Below, piece after piece: positions 14,493-27,315 of a stretch of 64,000 nucleotides of DNA. This DNA is from Pristiophorus japonicus. Taxonomy: Eukaryota. The stretch is taken from assembly GCF_044704955.1 (NCBI RefSeq), contig NC_091987.1, positions 26,226,001 to 26,290,000 on the forward strand. The letters run 5' to 3'. The notes below the pieces were generated by a model, which worked only from the letters and a program-made list of their open reading frames with translations, did no database searches and was not told the DNA's origin. Positions within the stretch are counted from its first letter, which is position 1. Each line of letters starts with the position of its first letter. A program made the translations under genes and the position numbers.

Positions 14493-15307
14493 CTTATGTA
14501 AGTAGGTAAGGAGACCAGAACTTCAGTTGTGGCTTCACCAATGTCCTGCATAATTGTAGTGAGACCTATTTACTCTTATACTCTAATTACTTTGTAACAT
14601 TTGCTTTTCTAATTGTTTGCATGTTAGCTTTCCGTGATTCATGTACAAGACTCCAATGTCCCTCTGAATGTAAACTTTTCCCATTCAGAAATTGTGTTTT
14701 TTGTTCCTGCCAGAGCGGATAAATTCACACTTCCCCACTCTGTATTTCATTTGTAATGTACATGCCCACTCAGTCAACCTGTCTATATCTCTCTGCAGCC
14801 TCTTTGCGTCACCCTCGCAGCTCACTGTCCCACCTAACGTTTTAACATCAGCAAACTTGGATACGTTAGAGTAAGTCTCTTAATCTAAGTCATTGATACA
14901 GATTGTGAATAGCTGAGGCACAAGCACTGACCCTTGCGGTACTATATTATTTACAGCCTGCCAACCCTCCAAAATCCTGTTCATTCCTACTCTCTGTTTT
15001 TGGTCCAATAACCAATCCCCAGTCCATGATAATATGTTATCCCCAATCCCATGAGCCTTAATTTTGTGTAATGGCCTATTTTGTGGCACAAAGTGCAGAT
15101 GGATTGCTCCAATAATGTCATGTACAGTTGGAGTAGTTGCAATGAATGTGGAGTCGTGTTTTGTTTGATAAAATCCTTTGCAGATGAATGAACCTATGAA
15201 TACGAAAACTGTTCTTGATCATTCCTGGGGTTGCCTTTAACTGCGGAAAGCACCCAGCTTCATTTTTATGATGAATACTTTAAGAACTTTAGTTAGTTTA
15301 ATCTTAC

Positions 15308-15414
15308 CTTAGATTTCCAAGCAATTATTGACACGAACAATGCGTACAAGATGCTCTTACATATCAGAATCAAGTACGTCAATTTTGCTGTCGTCGTGCT
15401 TTGAATTTTCTCTT
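15308..15414 (-). CDS. TRBC: TRBC exon 3 (transmembrane)
   Basis: cag/GTAAGA, 107 nt: (E)EKIQSTTTAKLTYLILICKSILYALFVSIIAWKSK, with the conserved TM Lys and Y...Y antigen-receptor TM motif. Confidence 0.95.
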
Positions 15415-15669
15415 CTGTGAAGTGAATATAATGAACAATGTTGGCATTTTGATCTCTCTGAGTAAGAAATGCTACTGCTGGCAAATGGAACAGTTTTCCC
15501 TTCAGGAGCCCACTGCCAATCTCAAGTTATGAAAACAGAACATATCCAATACTTTTGCAGTACAGTGAACAAAGGACTTGTTCACATATAGGCTAGAACA
15601 GTTAAAGACAGAGGATTACCTTCTCTCAAGGATATCAGTGAACCAGATCGTTTTTTAAGACAATACAGC

Positions 15670-16005
15670 AGTTACATGGGACCCCGAAAGCATCCCTGAT
15701 AAAGTGCAAGATCCCCACTGACACCTGGGAGTCCCTGGCCAAAGGCCGCACTAGTGGAGGAAGTACATCCTGGAGGGCGCTGAGCACCTTGAGTCGCATC
15801 GCCCAGCACATGCAGAAATTATGCGCAGGCGGTGGAATGAGCATGCGGCATACCTCTCTCAACCTCCCTTACCATCAACGACTGTCTGTCCCACCTGTGG
15901 CACGGACTGTGTCTCTCGTATTGAACTGTTTAGCCACCTAAGGACTCAATCTAAGAGTGGAAGCAAGTCTTCTTCGTTTCCGAGGGACTGCCAATGATGA
16001 TGATG
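15670..16005 (+). mobile_element. RTE LINE 3' fragment
   Basis: Homologous to 7980-8328, with the same (atg)n tail. Confidence 0.78.
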
Positions 16006-16611
16006 TTTGTTGATGCTACATTTTTATTCCAGATTTATTAAGTAACTGAATTTGAATTCTCCAGTTTACTTGGGATTTGAACTCATGTCTCCGGATTTTT
16101 AGCCCAGGCTTCTGGATTTGTACAGTGGATATTTATGATGATGTTGCCTGGACTGGAACATTATATAATGAGGAAAGATCAGATCAGCTGGGTTATTTTC
16201 TTTGGAGCAGAGAGGCTGAGAGGAGACCTGGTTGCGATGCATAAAATTATGAGCGGACTAGATAGAGTAGATAGGAAGGATCTATTTCCGTTAGCACAGG
16301 GGTCAACGACAAGGGACCGTAGCTTTAAAGTTATTAGTAGAAGGGTTAGAAAGGAGTTAAGTGGAACATTCCTCACCCAGAGAGTGTTGAGGGTCTAGAA
16401 CTCGCTGCCTGAGAGGATGATAGAGGCAGAGGTCCTTACCACACCTTTAACAGTACTTGGATATGCACTTGAAATGCTGTAACCTGCAAGGCTGCAGACC
16501 AAGCTCTGGAAAGTGTGATCAGGCTGGATGGGTCTTTGTCAGCCGGCAGTTGCACAATCAGCTGAATGGCTTCTTGTGCCTTAAATCTCTATGGTTCGAT
16601 GATGAACTCAC

Positions 16612-16632
16612 CTTTACTTATTCCGCAGATCG
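16612..16632 (-). CDS. TRBC: TRBC exon 2 (connecting peptide with interchain Cys)
   Basis: Long polypyrimidine tract plus cag, 21 nt CGATCTGCGGAATAAGTAAAG = (A)ICGISK, GTGAGT donor. Phase is compatible with exons 1 and 3. Confidence 0.9.
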
Positions 16633-17947
16633 CTGAAAAAAATGAAAAAAGAAAAACAGTTAGTATCATAATATTATATGAAATCCCTGTGCAGTCTAAT
16701 ATATAGCAGCAGTCATTTTAATTGAGGTTATACATGATATCTCCCACTACATTTATTGCCAAATTTATGTATTCAGTTAAAATCTCTTTAGCCTCTATTT
16801 TAAAATTCTCAGTCTTGTTTTCAAATCCATCCATGGCCTCGCCCCTCCCTATCTCTGTAATCTACTCCAGCCCCACAAATCTCCAAAATCTTTGCACTCT
16901 AATTCTGTGCGCATTGAGCACCCTGGATTCTAATCGCTCAAGCATTGGTGGCCATGCCTTCATGCCTGGGCCTTAAACTCTGGAATTCCATACCTGACAC
17001 TCTCTGTCTCTCTACCTCGTTTTAGTCATTTAAGACGCTCCTTAAAACATACCTCTTTGACATAACCTTTGTTCTCTTGCCGAAATAGCTCCTTCTGTGA
17101 CTAGTTGTCAAATGTTGTTTTATAACATTCCTGCAAAGCGCCGTGGGACGTTCTACAACGTTAAAGGCTCTATATAACTGAAAGTTGTTGTTGTGGTTGT
17201 GTAGTTCTCTATGTATTCATCGATTACGTTATTCATTGGTTTATTGATTCATCTATTTGATTATCTGCTCATGCCCTATGTAAAGGCAACTTCTTGCTTT
17301 ATTTGAAGTTTAAAAGAAAATCAAGGCTAAAAATAGTTTATATCCCAGTTTGAGGCGGTAACACTGGTTGGTCGGTAACTTTAGCTCTTGTCGATGTTTA
17401 CCACCTCCAACTGTGATATTGATTATTAACGCCCTAAGAGGGGGCTGGACGACAAAGGGAAGCATTCCACACTCCTCAGGGTGCTAAGGTTCAATCACGG
17501 GGCACTAGCGCGGGAATACTAATGAAGTTTTGGGTCTGGGAAACAGGCAGCCTAGCGTCTAAAGCGGAGGTCAATTCGACCAGCTAAAGATTACAAATCA
17601 ATGCAAGGGATTTCCTTTGAACACTGTTAAATATCGAACAGAATTAAACAAATAATCGATTTCATTATCACCCCCAGAAGTTGGGGAATACCTGCTTTCT
17701 TTGTCACGATTATTGGCAGGCGCTAATGGGGCATTGCATGCATATTACCGTCACCAAGTGAGTGGTGATAGAATGTGCAGCGCCAACTTTCAGTGCTGCC
17801 GGTGAACCTCCTGAAGTTCCCGGGAGGCACTGACAGTGCTGCCCGCTGGTGGTAAGCGCTTAGCGGCCAGTTAGAGTTCCGTTCGTGCACCAACGGGTGA
17901 CGCTGTTACAGTGAATTTTTCACGAAGGGTCTCACTAGTGCTCCTAC

Positions 17948-18292
17948 CAGATGTGATGGTTGACGTTGCACTATATTTGTTTGCGACTGATCCGTTCTGA
18001 TAGTGATCCACATGGCACTCAATCTTCTTGGAGTTGACCCAATCTTTGGCCTCGAATCTGAGTCGACTGCTGATGCTGTACGTTTTATTCCCTTCCGCTG
18101 CGATGGATTTGAGGTCAGTGTGAATGCTGGCATCATTTGACTGCTTTTCCTTGCCGTCCACAGACCAGCGAATTTCGATGTTGTCCGGGTAGAAGTTGGT
18201 TACCAGGCAAACCACAGTGGCTCGCTGTTTTGTTTTAATCTCTTCGGGAGAGGGGTCAAAGACAACAACTTCGGGAGCTTTAATCGCATGTT
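17948..18292 (-). CDS. TRBC: TCR beta constant region exon 1 (Ig C1 domain)
   Basis: cag acceptor / GTAGGA donor, 345 nt, phase 1. Encodes (E)HAIKAPEVVVFDPSPEEIKTKQRATVVCLVTNFYPDNIEIRWSVDG...YSISSRLRFEAKDW...ECHVDHY, with the TRBC hallmarks FxPSxxEI, ATxVCL, FYPD and YxxSSRLR. Confidence 0.97.
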
Positions 18293-19719
18293 CTGTGTCG
18301 GAATTAATAAATAGAGAGAATCCAGATGAAAATTAAAAACTTTTGAGAGTTTAAAACTTCAAAAAGTAGACATTTCAAACATACCCAGAACACACCATGA
18401 GAAAATAAAACATAGGAGCAGCTGTAGGCCCTTTGCTCCCTCGACCCTGATCCGCCATTCAATGAGATCATGGCTGATCTTCTACCTCAACTCCATTTGC
18501 CTCAACTATCCCGATCTCCCTTGATCCCCTTAATAGTCATACATCTTTCGACCGCCATCTTGAATATGCTCAATGACTGAGCCTGCACAGCCCTATGGGG
18601 TAGAGAATTCAAAAGATTCCCCAACCTCAGAATAATGACATGTCACCTCATCTCAGTCCTAAATGGCCGATCGCTCATTCTGAGACTGTGACCCCTGGTT
18701 CTAGACTCACCAGCCAGCTTGCAAACAAATTCGATATTTTGCGACTTAAATGTAAGGTTGTGGTCTGTAAACAGAGAGGTTTAGCTTGGTGAGGGCACCA
18801 AGTAAACTGTCCTTGTACACAGTTCACTGAAAGTTAACATGCAGGTAGAGCAATCAATCAGTTAAGAGAACAAATGCTATGTTGGCACTTATTACAAGAG
18901 GATTAGGGTGTAAGTAAATATGTCTTACTGCACCCCAGTCTGATTCCTGGGATGCATGGATTTCCTATGAGAAGCGATTGAATAGACGAGGCCTATATTC
19001 CCTAGAGTTGCAAAAATGAGAGGTGATCTTATTGAAAAATGAAACATTCTTACAAGGTTTAACAAGGTAACTGCAGGGAGGATATTTCCCCTGTGTGGTG
19101 ATTCTTTGGAATTCGCTACACCAGTGCGCTGTGGAGCTCAGTCATTGAGTATATTCAAGACAAAGATCGATAAATATTTGGATATTAAGGGACTCAAGGA
19201 TTAGTGCAGGAAAGTGGAATTGAGGTCGAAGATCAGCCATGATCTTGTTGAATAGCGAGCAGCCTCAAAGAACCGAATGGCCTACTCCTGCTCTTATTTG
19301 TTATGATCTATTTGAAATGTTGGACGCTGAGTAGATGTTTCTACTTGTGGGGGAGAGCAGAATTAAGAGGCATAACTATCAGATAGACACAAATAAATCC
19401 ATTAGGGAATTCAGGAGGAACTTATTTACCCAGAGATTGGTGAGAGCGTGGTACTCGCTTCCACAGGGAATGGTTGAGGTGTATAGCATAGGTACATTTA
19501 TGGGGAGTTAGAAAAACACATAATGGCGAGAGGAATAGAAAGATTCGGTGAGATAGGGTGGTAAGAGGCTCGTCTGGAGCATAAACCAGTATTGACCAGT
19601 TGGGCGAAAGGCCCGATTCTGTGCTGTACATTGTATTTAATCCTATATAATTAATGTGTGCTCACATTTCACAAAAACGAGAGCATTGTATCTTTCGCTG
19701 GCGTGATGTGGTTCTAACA

Positions 19720-20750
19720 TTCAAAGAGTAGTGGTGAACGGCTGTATTACCGACTCGAGGAAGTTATATAGTGGTGTTCCCCAGGTATCAGTTCTGGTAC
19801 CACTATTTTTCTTTATATATATATTCATGACTTGGACATGATTGTTCAGGGCAAAATTTCAAAATTTGAAGATGAAACAGAAATTGGAAGTATAGTGAGC
19901 AGTGAGGAGGAAACTGATAGACTTCGGGAAGACAAAGATAACCTGGTGAAATGGGGGGACACGTGGCAGATGACATCTAACGCAGAAAGATGTGAAGTGA
20001 TGCATTTAGGTAGAAATAATGAGGACGTAACATATAAACTACAGAGTACAATCCTAAAAGAGGCGCACGAACAGAGAGACCTGGGGGTATGTGTACACAA
20101 ATCGTTGAAGGTGGCAGGGCTGGCTGAGAAAGTGGTCAACATGGCTTACAGGATCCTGGACTAAATAAATAGAGGTTTAGAGTAAAAAACAGTGTGGAAA
20201 TTATGAGGAACCTGCAGGAAACTCTGCTTTGCCCACAACTGGATTATTGTGCCCAATTTTGGAACCACATTTTGGGAAGGATGTGAAGGCCTCAGATAAG
20301 GTGCAGAAAAGATATACGAGAATGATTCCAGGGATGCGGGACTTCAGTGACGTGAATAGACTGGAGAAGCTGGGCTTGTTCCCCTTGGAGCAGAGAAGGG
20401 TGAGAGGAGATTTGACCGATGTGTTCAAAATCATGAGGCATCTGGACAGAGTAGATAAAAAAAAACAGCTCCCATTGGCGGAAGGGTCCAGAGGACACAG
20501 ATTTAAGGTGATTGGCAAAAGAACCAAAGGCGACGTAAGAATTTTTTTTTAATGCACCGAGTGGTTAAGTCTGGAAAGCACGGCCTGCAAGAGTGGTGGG
20601 GCACCTAAATTTAAAAAGGGACGTGGGTATGTACGTGAAGGAAAAACATTGCAGGGCTATGTGGAAAGGGCGGGGGAGTGAGACGAGCCGATAGTTGGCA
20701 CGGTCTCAATGGGCCGAAAGGCTTTCTTCCGTACTTTAACCATTCTGAGG
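19720..20750 (+). mobile_element. CR1 LINE fragment
   Basis: Decayed RT and C-terminal motifs (ISKFEDET, QRDLGV, RGDL). Confidence 0.85.
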
Positions 20751-21751
20751 CTTTCAACTGACAGACTCTGAATAGTCCACAATGGTCAATTGAATCCCAT
20801 CCCTAAAATAAGATATGGTGTTGGAATGTGAGTGACCTTAGCAAAACACGACTTTGTAGTAAAACATATCCGGTTAAATATAACAATCACTCAGCTGTGT
20901 GGCATTTAAAATCAATGCTGCAAAAACTCTAGTCTCTGCTTTCTTGACACAGGGCTCGTGAATGGGGGGTGGGGGGGATGCTGGGAATGTGGAACTTTAA
21001 GAAAGGCTTGCTTTTGTGGCAGTCTTTCACGACCTCATGCCGAATTTCAAGACAATGAGGTAGTTTGTGAAGTGTAGTCAATGTGTTAATGTTAAAACGC
21101 TGCAGCTAATTTGCAAACAGCAAGATCCTACGAAAAGCAATGTGACAAATAGCGAGACCATCTGTTTCTTTTGTTAGTGATCATGGTTGGTGCAGAAATA
21201 CTGGTCATGAGCCCAGGAAATCTATCCTGCTCTTCATTCAATATTGGCCCTGGTGTATGTTATGTTCTGTTGAGAGGGCTGAGGTAGCTTCAGTTTAACG
21301 TCTCATCCAAAAGATGGCACATTCGACTGTGCAGCACGCCCTCAGTACAACGCCTCCGAAAGTGCAGAGCTCTCTCAGTACTGCCCCTTCGACAATGCAA
21401 CGCTCTCTCAGTACTGCCCCTCCAACAGTGCAGCAGTCCCTCAGTCCTGCACCTTTGACAGTGCACGCTCCCTCAGTGCTGGTAACCAGAAGTCTCGGCA
21501 TGGATTCTGGGGCTCAATTGAACGCTCGGCCTTCTGACTCGAATCAAGAGTTCTACCACTGAAAATCTTAAATGAAATACTTGCATGATCAGCCATGGTC
21601 ATATCGAATGGTGGTGCCGGCTCGAAGGGCCGAATGGCCTAATCCTGCACCTATTTTCTATGTTTCTATGTAACACAAGCAATATCCTGAGAATGGTGCT
21701 CTCGCTCAAGCTGCAGATGATAAATGCAGGTTGACAACTTTGCATCCTTAC

Positions 21752-21802
21752 CTAGAACTGTTAGCTTGGTACCATCGCCGAAATAGAACAAAGTGGTTTG
21801 GG
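21752..21802 (-). CDS. TRBJ: TRBJ segment J19, C-proximal (QTTLFYFGDGTKLTVL)
   Basis: GTAAGG donor. RSS CACCGTG-12-CGAAAAACT. Confidence 0.94.
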
Positions 21803-22698
21803 CACCGTGATACACATCTGTCGAAAAACTGTTTCCAAAGGGCCTGAACGCAAGTTAACTTTGGTCCCAACAATTGTATTTTAATGGGAACTGCTCTCTC
21901 TTTTAGAAGAACATTATGAATGCAAAAACAATCTCCCCTTAAGCTTCTATGCTCTAAGGAGAACAATCCTATCTTCTCTAGTTGCTCCTAATAACTGAAG
22001 TCTCTCACCAATGGTCCCATTTGGGTCAGTCTCCCCTTAATCGTCTCAGTTCTAAGGAGAACAACCCCAGCTTCTCCAGTCTCTGTAACTATCCCTCATT
22101 CCTGGGACTATTCTGGTAAATCCCCTCTGCACCCTATCAAAGCACTTGGGCTCCTTCCTAAAGTTTGCTGCCCAGAAATTGGACACAAAACTCCAGCTGG
22201 GCCCTAACTCAGTGATTTGAAACAAAATCTTGCATTGATATAGCGCCATGAACGTAGTAAATCATCCCAAGCGAGCGCAAAACAGATAATAATTTGAAAT
22301 TGAGTCATATAAGGAGATATTAGTGACAGGTGATCAAAAGCTTGTTCACAAATGTACGTTTTAATGTGCACCTTAAACGAAGAGAGAGGCGAAGAGATTT
22401 AGGTAAAGCATTCCTAAGTTGGAGCCTCGGCAGCTGAAGGCACGGCGGCCAATCTTGTGGCGATGTGAGTAGGGACTGCACAAAAGGCCAGTATTGGAGA
22501 CACGCAGACATCTCACAAGCTCGCATTCTCTCATCAGCTACCAACACAAATCGCGAAATTATTATCCCCGCTCTCCTCTTAATCCTCTCCACACATCAAA
22601 GCATTGCCTGAAACGTCATACATGACTTGTCGATTAAGACCGGATAGCGAAGTTATGAAAAGCAGCCAGTAAAAGATAGTAACTTGATCGTCACTTAC

Positions 22699-22751
22699 CT
22701 AAAACTGAAAATTTGGTTCCGTCTCCAAAGAAGTAATTCGCATTATAGTAG
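22699..22751 (-). CDS. TRBJ: TRBJ segment J18 (YYNANYFFGDGTKFSVL)
   Basis: GTAAGT donor. RSS CACAGTG-12-ATTAAAACT. Confidence 0.94.
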
Positions 22752-23179
22752 CACAGTGACTGCCACCTGTATTAAAACTATGAATCCAGCCATTGTTGGA
22801 TTTACCATATTTCTGTGAATTTTCAACTCAATTATATTTATTTCTGGTGGGAGCAATTACGTAAATGCTTTTCTGATGTTTATATTGCAACTAATTGCAA
22901 ATGGAAAGCTGGTACTTGAGCTCAGCTAACGTATTGCTTCCAGTTCTGGGCAGCAAACTTAAAAAAGGATGTCAAGTCCTTGGAGAGGGTGCAGAGGAGA
23001 TTGACCTAAACGGTACCAAGAATGAGGGATTTCAATGATGTGGAGAGACAGGAGAAGCTGGGATTGTTTGCCTTAGAGCAGAGAAGGTTAAGTGGAGATT
23101 TACAAGAATGGTACCAAGGATGAGGGACTACAGCTACATAGAGAGACGGGAGAAGCTGGCATTGTACTCCTTGGAGCAG

Positions 23180-23870
23180 AGCAACATAGAAATATAGAAA
23201 CATGGAAATTAGGTGCAGGCGCAGGCCATTCGGCCCTTTGAGTCTGCACCTCAATTCAATAAGATCATGGCTGATCATTCAACCTCAGTATCCCTTTCCT
23301 GCTTTCTCTCCATACCCCTTGATCCCTTTGGCCGTAAGGGCCATATGTAAATCTCTTTTGAATATATCTAATGAACTGGCGTCAACAAATTTCCACAGGT
23401 TAACCACTCTCTCAATGAAGAAGTTTCTCCTCATCTCAGTCCTAAATGGGTTACCCCTTATTCTTAGACTATGACCCCTGGTTCTGCAACTCTCCAGCAA
23501 CGGGAATATTCTTCCTGCCTCTAACCTGTCCAATCCCGTCAGAATGTTATATGTTTCTATGAGATCCCCTCTCATTCTTCTAAGCTCCAGTGGATACAAG
23601 CCCAGTTGATCCAGTCTCTCCTCATATGTCAATCGTGCCATCCCGGGAATCAGTCTGGTGAACCTTCGCTGTACTCCCTCAATAGCAAGAACGTCCTTTC
23701 TCAGCTTAGCAACTGAACACAATACTCTAGATTTGGCTTCACCAAGGCTCTGTACAACTGCAGTAAGACCTCCCTTTTCCTATACTGAAATCCTCTAGCT
23801 ATGAAAGGCAACATGCCACTTGCCTTCTTCACCGCCTGCTGTACCTGCATGCCAACCTTCAATAACTGAT
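23180..23870 (-). mobile_element. CR1 LINE 3' fragment
   Basis: IEGVQRRFTRLIPG...RRMRGDLIE ORFs on the minus strand. Confidence 0.88.
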
Positions 23871-26149
23871 GTAGGTTAAGTGAATTACCAGAATAATACA
23901 ATGGATAATGGAATTCAGTTATGTGGAGAGAGTGGAGAAGTTGGGAATGTTCTTCTTAGATCAGAAAAGTTTAAGGGAACATTTAGTAGTAGTGTTCAAT
24001 ATGATGAGGGGTTGATCGAGGGACTGTGGATTGAGTCTTTCCAGTAGCAGGTGGGTTAGTAACCAGAGGATTACATATGATTGCATTGGATACACGGCAC
24101 ATACACGTGCCATTCGGCCCAACTAGTCCATGCAGCTGTTTATGCTCAACTCGAGCTTCCTCCCCTCTTTCCACACCTAACCCTGTCAGCATAACCCTCT
24201 ATTCTCTTCTCCCTCATATGCTGACCTTGCCTCCCCTTAAATACATCTATACCGTTCACCTGGATCTCTCTCAGTGGTAGCGAGTTCCACATTCTCACCA
24301 CTATCTGGGGAAATAACTGAGCTGAATTCCCCATTTGACTTCTTGATGACTATCTTGGTGATAGCCCCTAATTATGCTCTTCCCCATAAGTGGAAACGTT
24401 CTCTATCTGTTTCTAATCTATCAAAACCTTTCATAATTTTAAAGATTCAATTAGTTCACCACACAACCTTCTTTTTTCAAGTGAAAAGAGACCTAGCCTA
24501 TTCATCCTTTCCTAATAAGCATATCCTCGCATTTCTGTTACATGCTTGTCAATATTTGCTGCGCCTTCTACACTGCCTCTATATCCTTTCTTTAAAATAT
24601 CGAACAGAACTGAAAGCAGTACTCCAAGTGTGATCTAACAAGGTTTCGATACCTGTTAAACATAACTTCACTACTTTTCAATTGTATCCTTGTAGATAAA
24701 ATGTCGAGTGCCTTGTTTACTTTTGTCTGGCCTTGTGAAACATTTGTATTCCGAGATCACTTTGTTCCTCTAACCCACCCAGACTCGCCTCCTGCAAGTA
24801 ATGTATGACCTCCTTATACTTCCTACCAAAATGCAATATCTCACATGTATCTGTGTTTAATTTTATTTGCTAATTATATGCCCATTCTACAAATTCATTA
24901 AAGTATTCCTGTAATTTGTCGCAGTCCTCCTCGATATTTACTGTTTGGTGTCATCTTCAAACCTAGAAATTGGGTTTTTGATTCCAAAGTCGCGTCAAGT
25001 AATGTCAAGCCAGTGCAAATAAGGTATAGGGATATAGGAACAGGAGGAGGCATTCAGCCCCTTGAGCCTGTGATAATCATAGGATCATGTAACTGTTCAG
25101 CATCAAAGGAGGCCATTCGGCCTGTCATATTTGTGCAGGCTCTTTGAAAGAGCAGTCCTTAGTCCCACATTCCCGCTTTTAGTCCGTAACCCTGTAAATT
25201 CCTCAGCTTCATACCTGAAGCTCAATGTAAGCTCAAGGAACACCACTTTGTCTTCTGATTAGGCACTTTACAGCCTTCTGGACTCAACATCGAGTTCAAC
25301 AATTTCAGATCATGACCTCTGCCCTATTGTATCACATGGCATCTGTTGATGATTCTGCCATTCCCATTTACACTTCTTCTAGATTTATCTTTTTTTATTA
25401 CTTGTCCTTTTACAATCTCCTTTTGCCTTATACCATCGTCCCTTTTGTATTTTAATCTCTCCTGCCTTTCACCCTATCACAGACCTTCCCTTCCCCTCCC
25501 ACTTTCCCTGCCCCGACACATGCCTAAAAACCTGTTACACCTCCAACTTTTTCAAGTTCTATCGAAGGATCATCAATAAGAAACGTATGCTGCCACAGTT
25601 GCTGCCTGACCAGCTGAGTATTTCCAGCATTTCTGCTTTTCACCTCATCCTCAAGTACTTGTCCAACTCTATTTCAAAATTATTGATGGAATCAGCTTGC
25701 ACCACTTTTTCAAATAGAATGTTCCAGAATACAACAGAGCTTTGAGGGACAAGAATTCTCTTCATCTCCTCTCTAGATACTTTGCCAATGATTTTGAATT
25801 GATGACCTCTAGTCAGTGACACACTCGCTAGTGCTGCCATTTAATTCGGTCAATGATGATCAGTATTTTATCCCCATTTACTCCCCTTCGTTCCTACCCT
25901 TACTCAACTAAAACAAAACAATCCCAGTTTTGAAATTGTCACTTGGCTTAGCCGCAACAGCTTTTTGAGGGAGCGAGTTCCCAATTTCCACGACCTTTTG
26001 AATGAAGAAGTGAATCTGACAGTATCTTTGAATGGCCTGGCTCTAAATTTAAGATTCATTCTCCTCTTCTCGACTCCCCCCACCAGAGGAAACAAATTCT
26101 CTCTATATACTCTAACAAATCATTTATTCTTCTTAAAACAGCTCAATTG

Positions 26150-26590
26150 AGCTGTGGCTCAATGGGTAGTACTATCACGTCTGAGTTAGAAGGTTGTGGA
26201 TTCATGTCCCACTCCAGATACTTGAGCACAAACATCTAGGCTGACATTCCAGTGCAGTGCTGAGGGAGTGCTGCACTATCGAAGGTACCGTCTTTCGAAT
26301 GAGACGTTACACCGAGGCCTCTCAAGTGGACGTAAAAGAACCCTTGGCACTATTTCGAAGAATAGCAGGGCATTTATCCTCGGTTTCTTGGCCTATATTT
26401 ATCCATCAATCAACATAGCAAAAACAAATGATCTTACTCTTTGTGGGAGCTTGCTGTGAGCAAATTGTCTGCTGTGTTTCGTACATTGCAATAGTGACTA
26501 CACTCCAACTGTGCTTCGTTGGCTGTACAGTGCTTTAAGATGTCCGGTGGTCACGAAAGGCGCCCTATAAATGCAAGTGTTTCTTTCTTT
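26150..26590 (+). mobile_element. tRNA-headed DeuSINE (SacSINE1-like), near full length
   Basis: A/B-box head (TGGCTCAATGG...GGATTCATGTCCC), Deu core TGTGGGAGCTTGCTGTG.GCAAATTG, and an L2-like tail. Further copies at about 21000-21560(-), 27690-28090(-), 44200-44650(-), 49930-50790(-), 53670-54500(+), 55280-55720(-) and 61510-61850(-). Confidence 0.8.
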
Positions 26591-27264
26591 TAATTGCATA
26601 ATCCCTCAATCATCTATGCTCAAGGGAATACAAGCCAAGGCGATACAACCTTTCCTCATTATTATTCCATTTTTGCAGCCGTATCACTCTGCTGAATCTG
26701 TGGTGCCCCCTCTCCAAGGCCAATATATCCTTCCTGAATGAAGTACTCCAGATGGGGTGCAACCAGAGCTTTACACAACCGTATATTCTGAATGTTTTGT
26801 ACTTCTAACACTTTAACAGCACTGTTGCAGCCAATTACATGGTACATTATTTCTTTCAGTTTAGGTTTCACTACCTCGGTTTTATTTGGCTTTTTGTGCC
26901 TTTGTAAAGTGTAGCAGCCAAAGGAGGAGCAATTACATTTGGGTGGTGTGCAGAAGGCCAGTATTAGAGGAGAGCGGAGATCTCGAAGGACTGCAGGGCT
27001 GGAGGAGTTACAGAGATAGGGAGGGTTGTCGGACTGGAGGAGGTTACAGAGATAGGGACGTGTTGTAGGACTGGAGGGGGTTACAGAGGAAAGGGAGCCC
27101 CCATCTACCTTTCATAACAATGCTCTAATGCCGGCTTCAATGCTCTTGCATGTTAAACACATTATTGCGTTCATCGGCTATCTTTCCCAACAATTAGAGA
27201 ACTGCGCATATACAACAACCACACACTTAGGACCATCTGTCCTCTTGTACTGTCAGCTACTCAC

Positions 27265-27315
27265 CTAAAATGCTTAGTTTCGTGCCCTCTCCAAAATATT
27301 GTTCATATCCCGAAG
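27265..27315 (-). CDS. TRBJ: TRBJ segment J17 (SGYEQYFGEGTKLSIL)
   Basis: GTGAGT donor. RSS CACCATG-12-ACAAAAACT. Confidence 0.94.

Noticed and set aside
15000-15193. Possible TRBC exon 4 after the acceptor at about 15194
   Set aside because: It gives a long non-conserved peptide running into a CR1. 5804-5830 gives a typical short tail.
26150-26225. tRNA-like sequence
   Set aside because: It is the degenerate tRNA-derived head of a DeuSINE, not a tRNA gene.
26875-26920. J-like relic (KGTKSQIKP)
   Set aside because: No FG and no RSS. Similar weak TKL-like matches near 30300 and 35370 were also unsupported.
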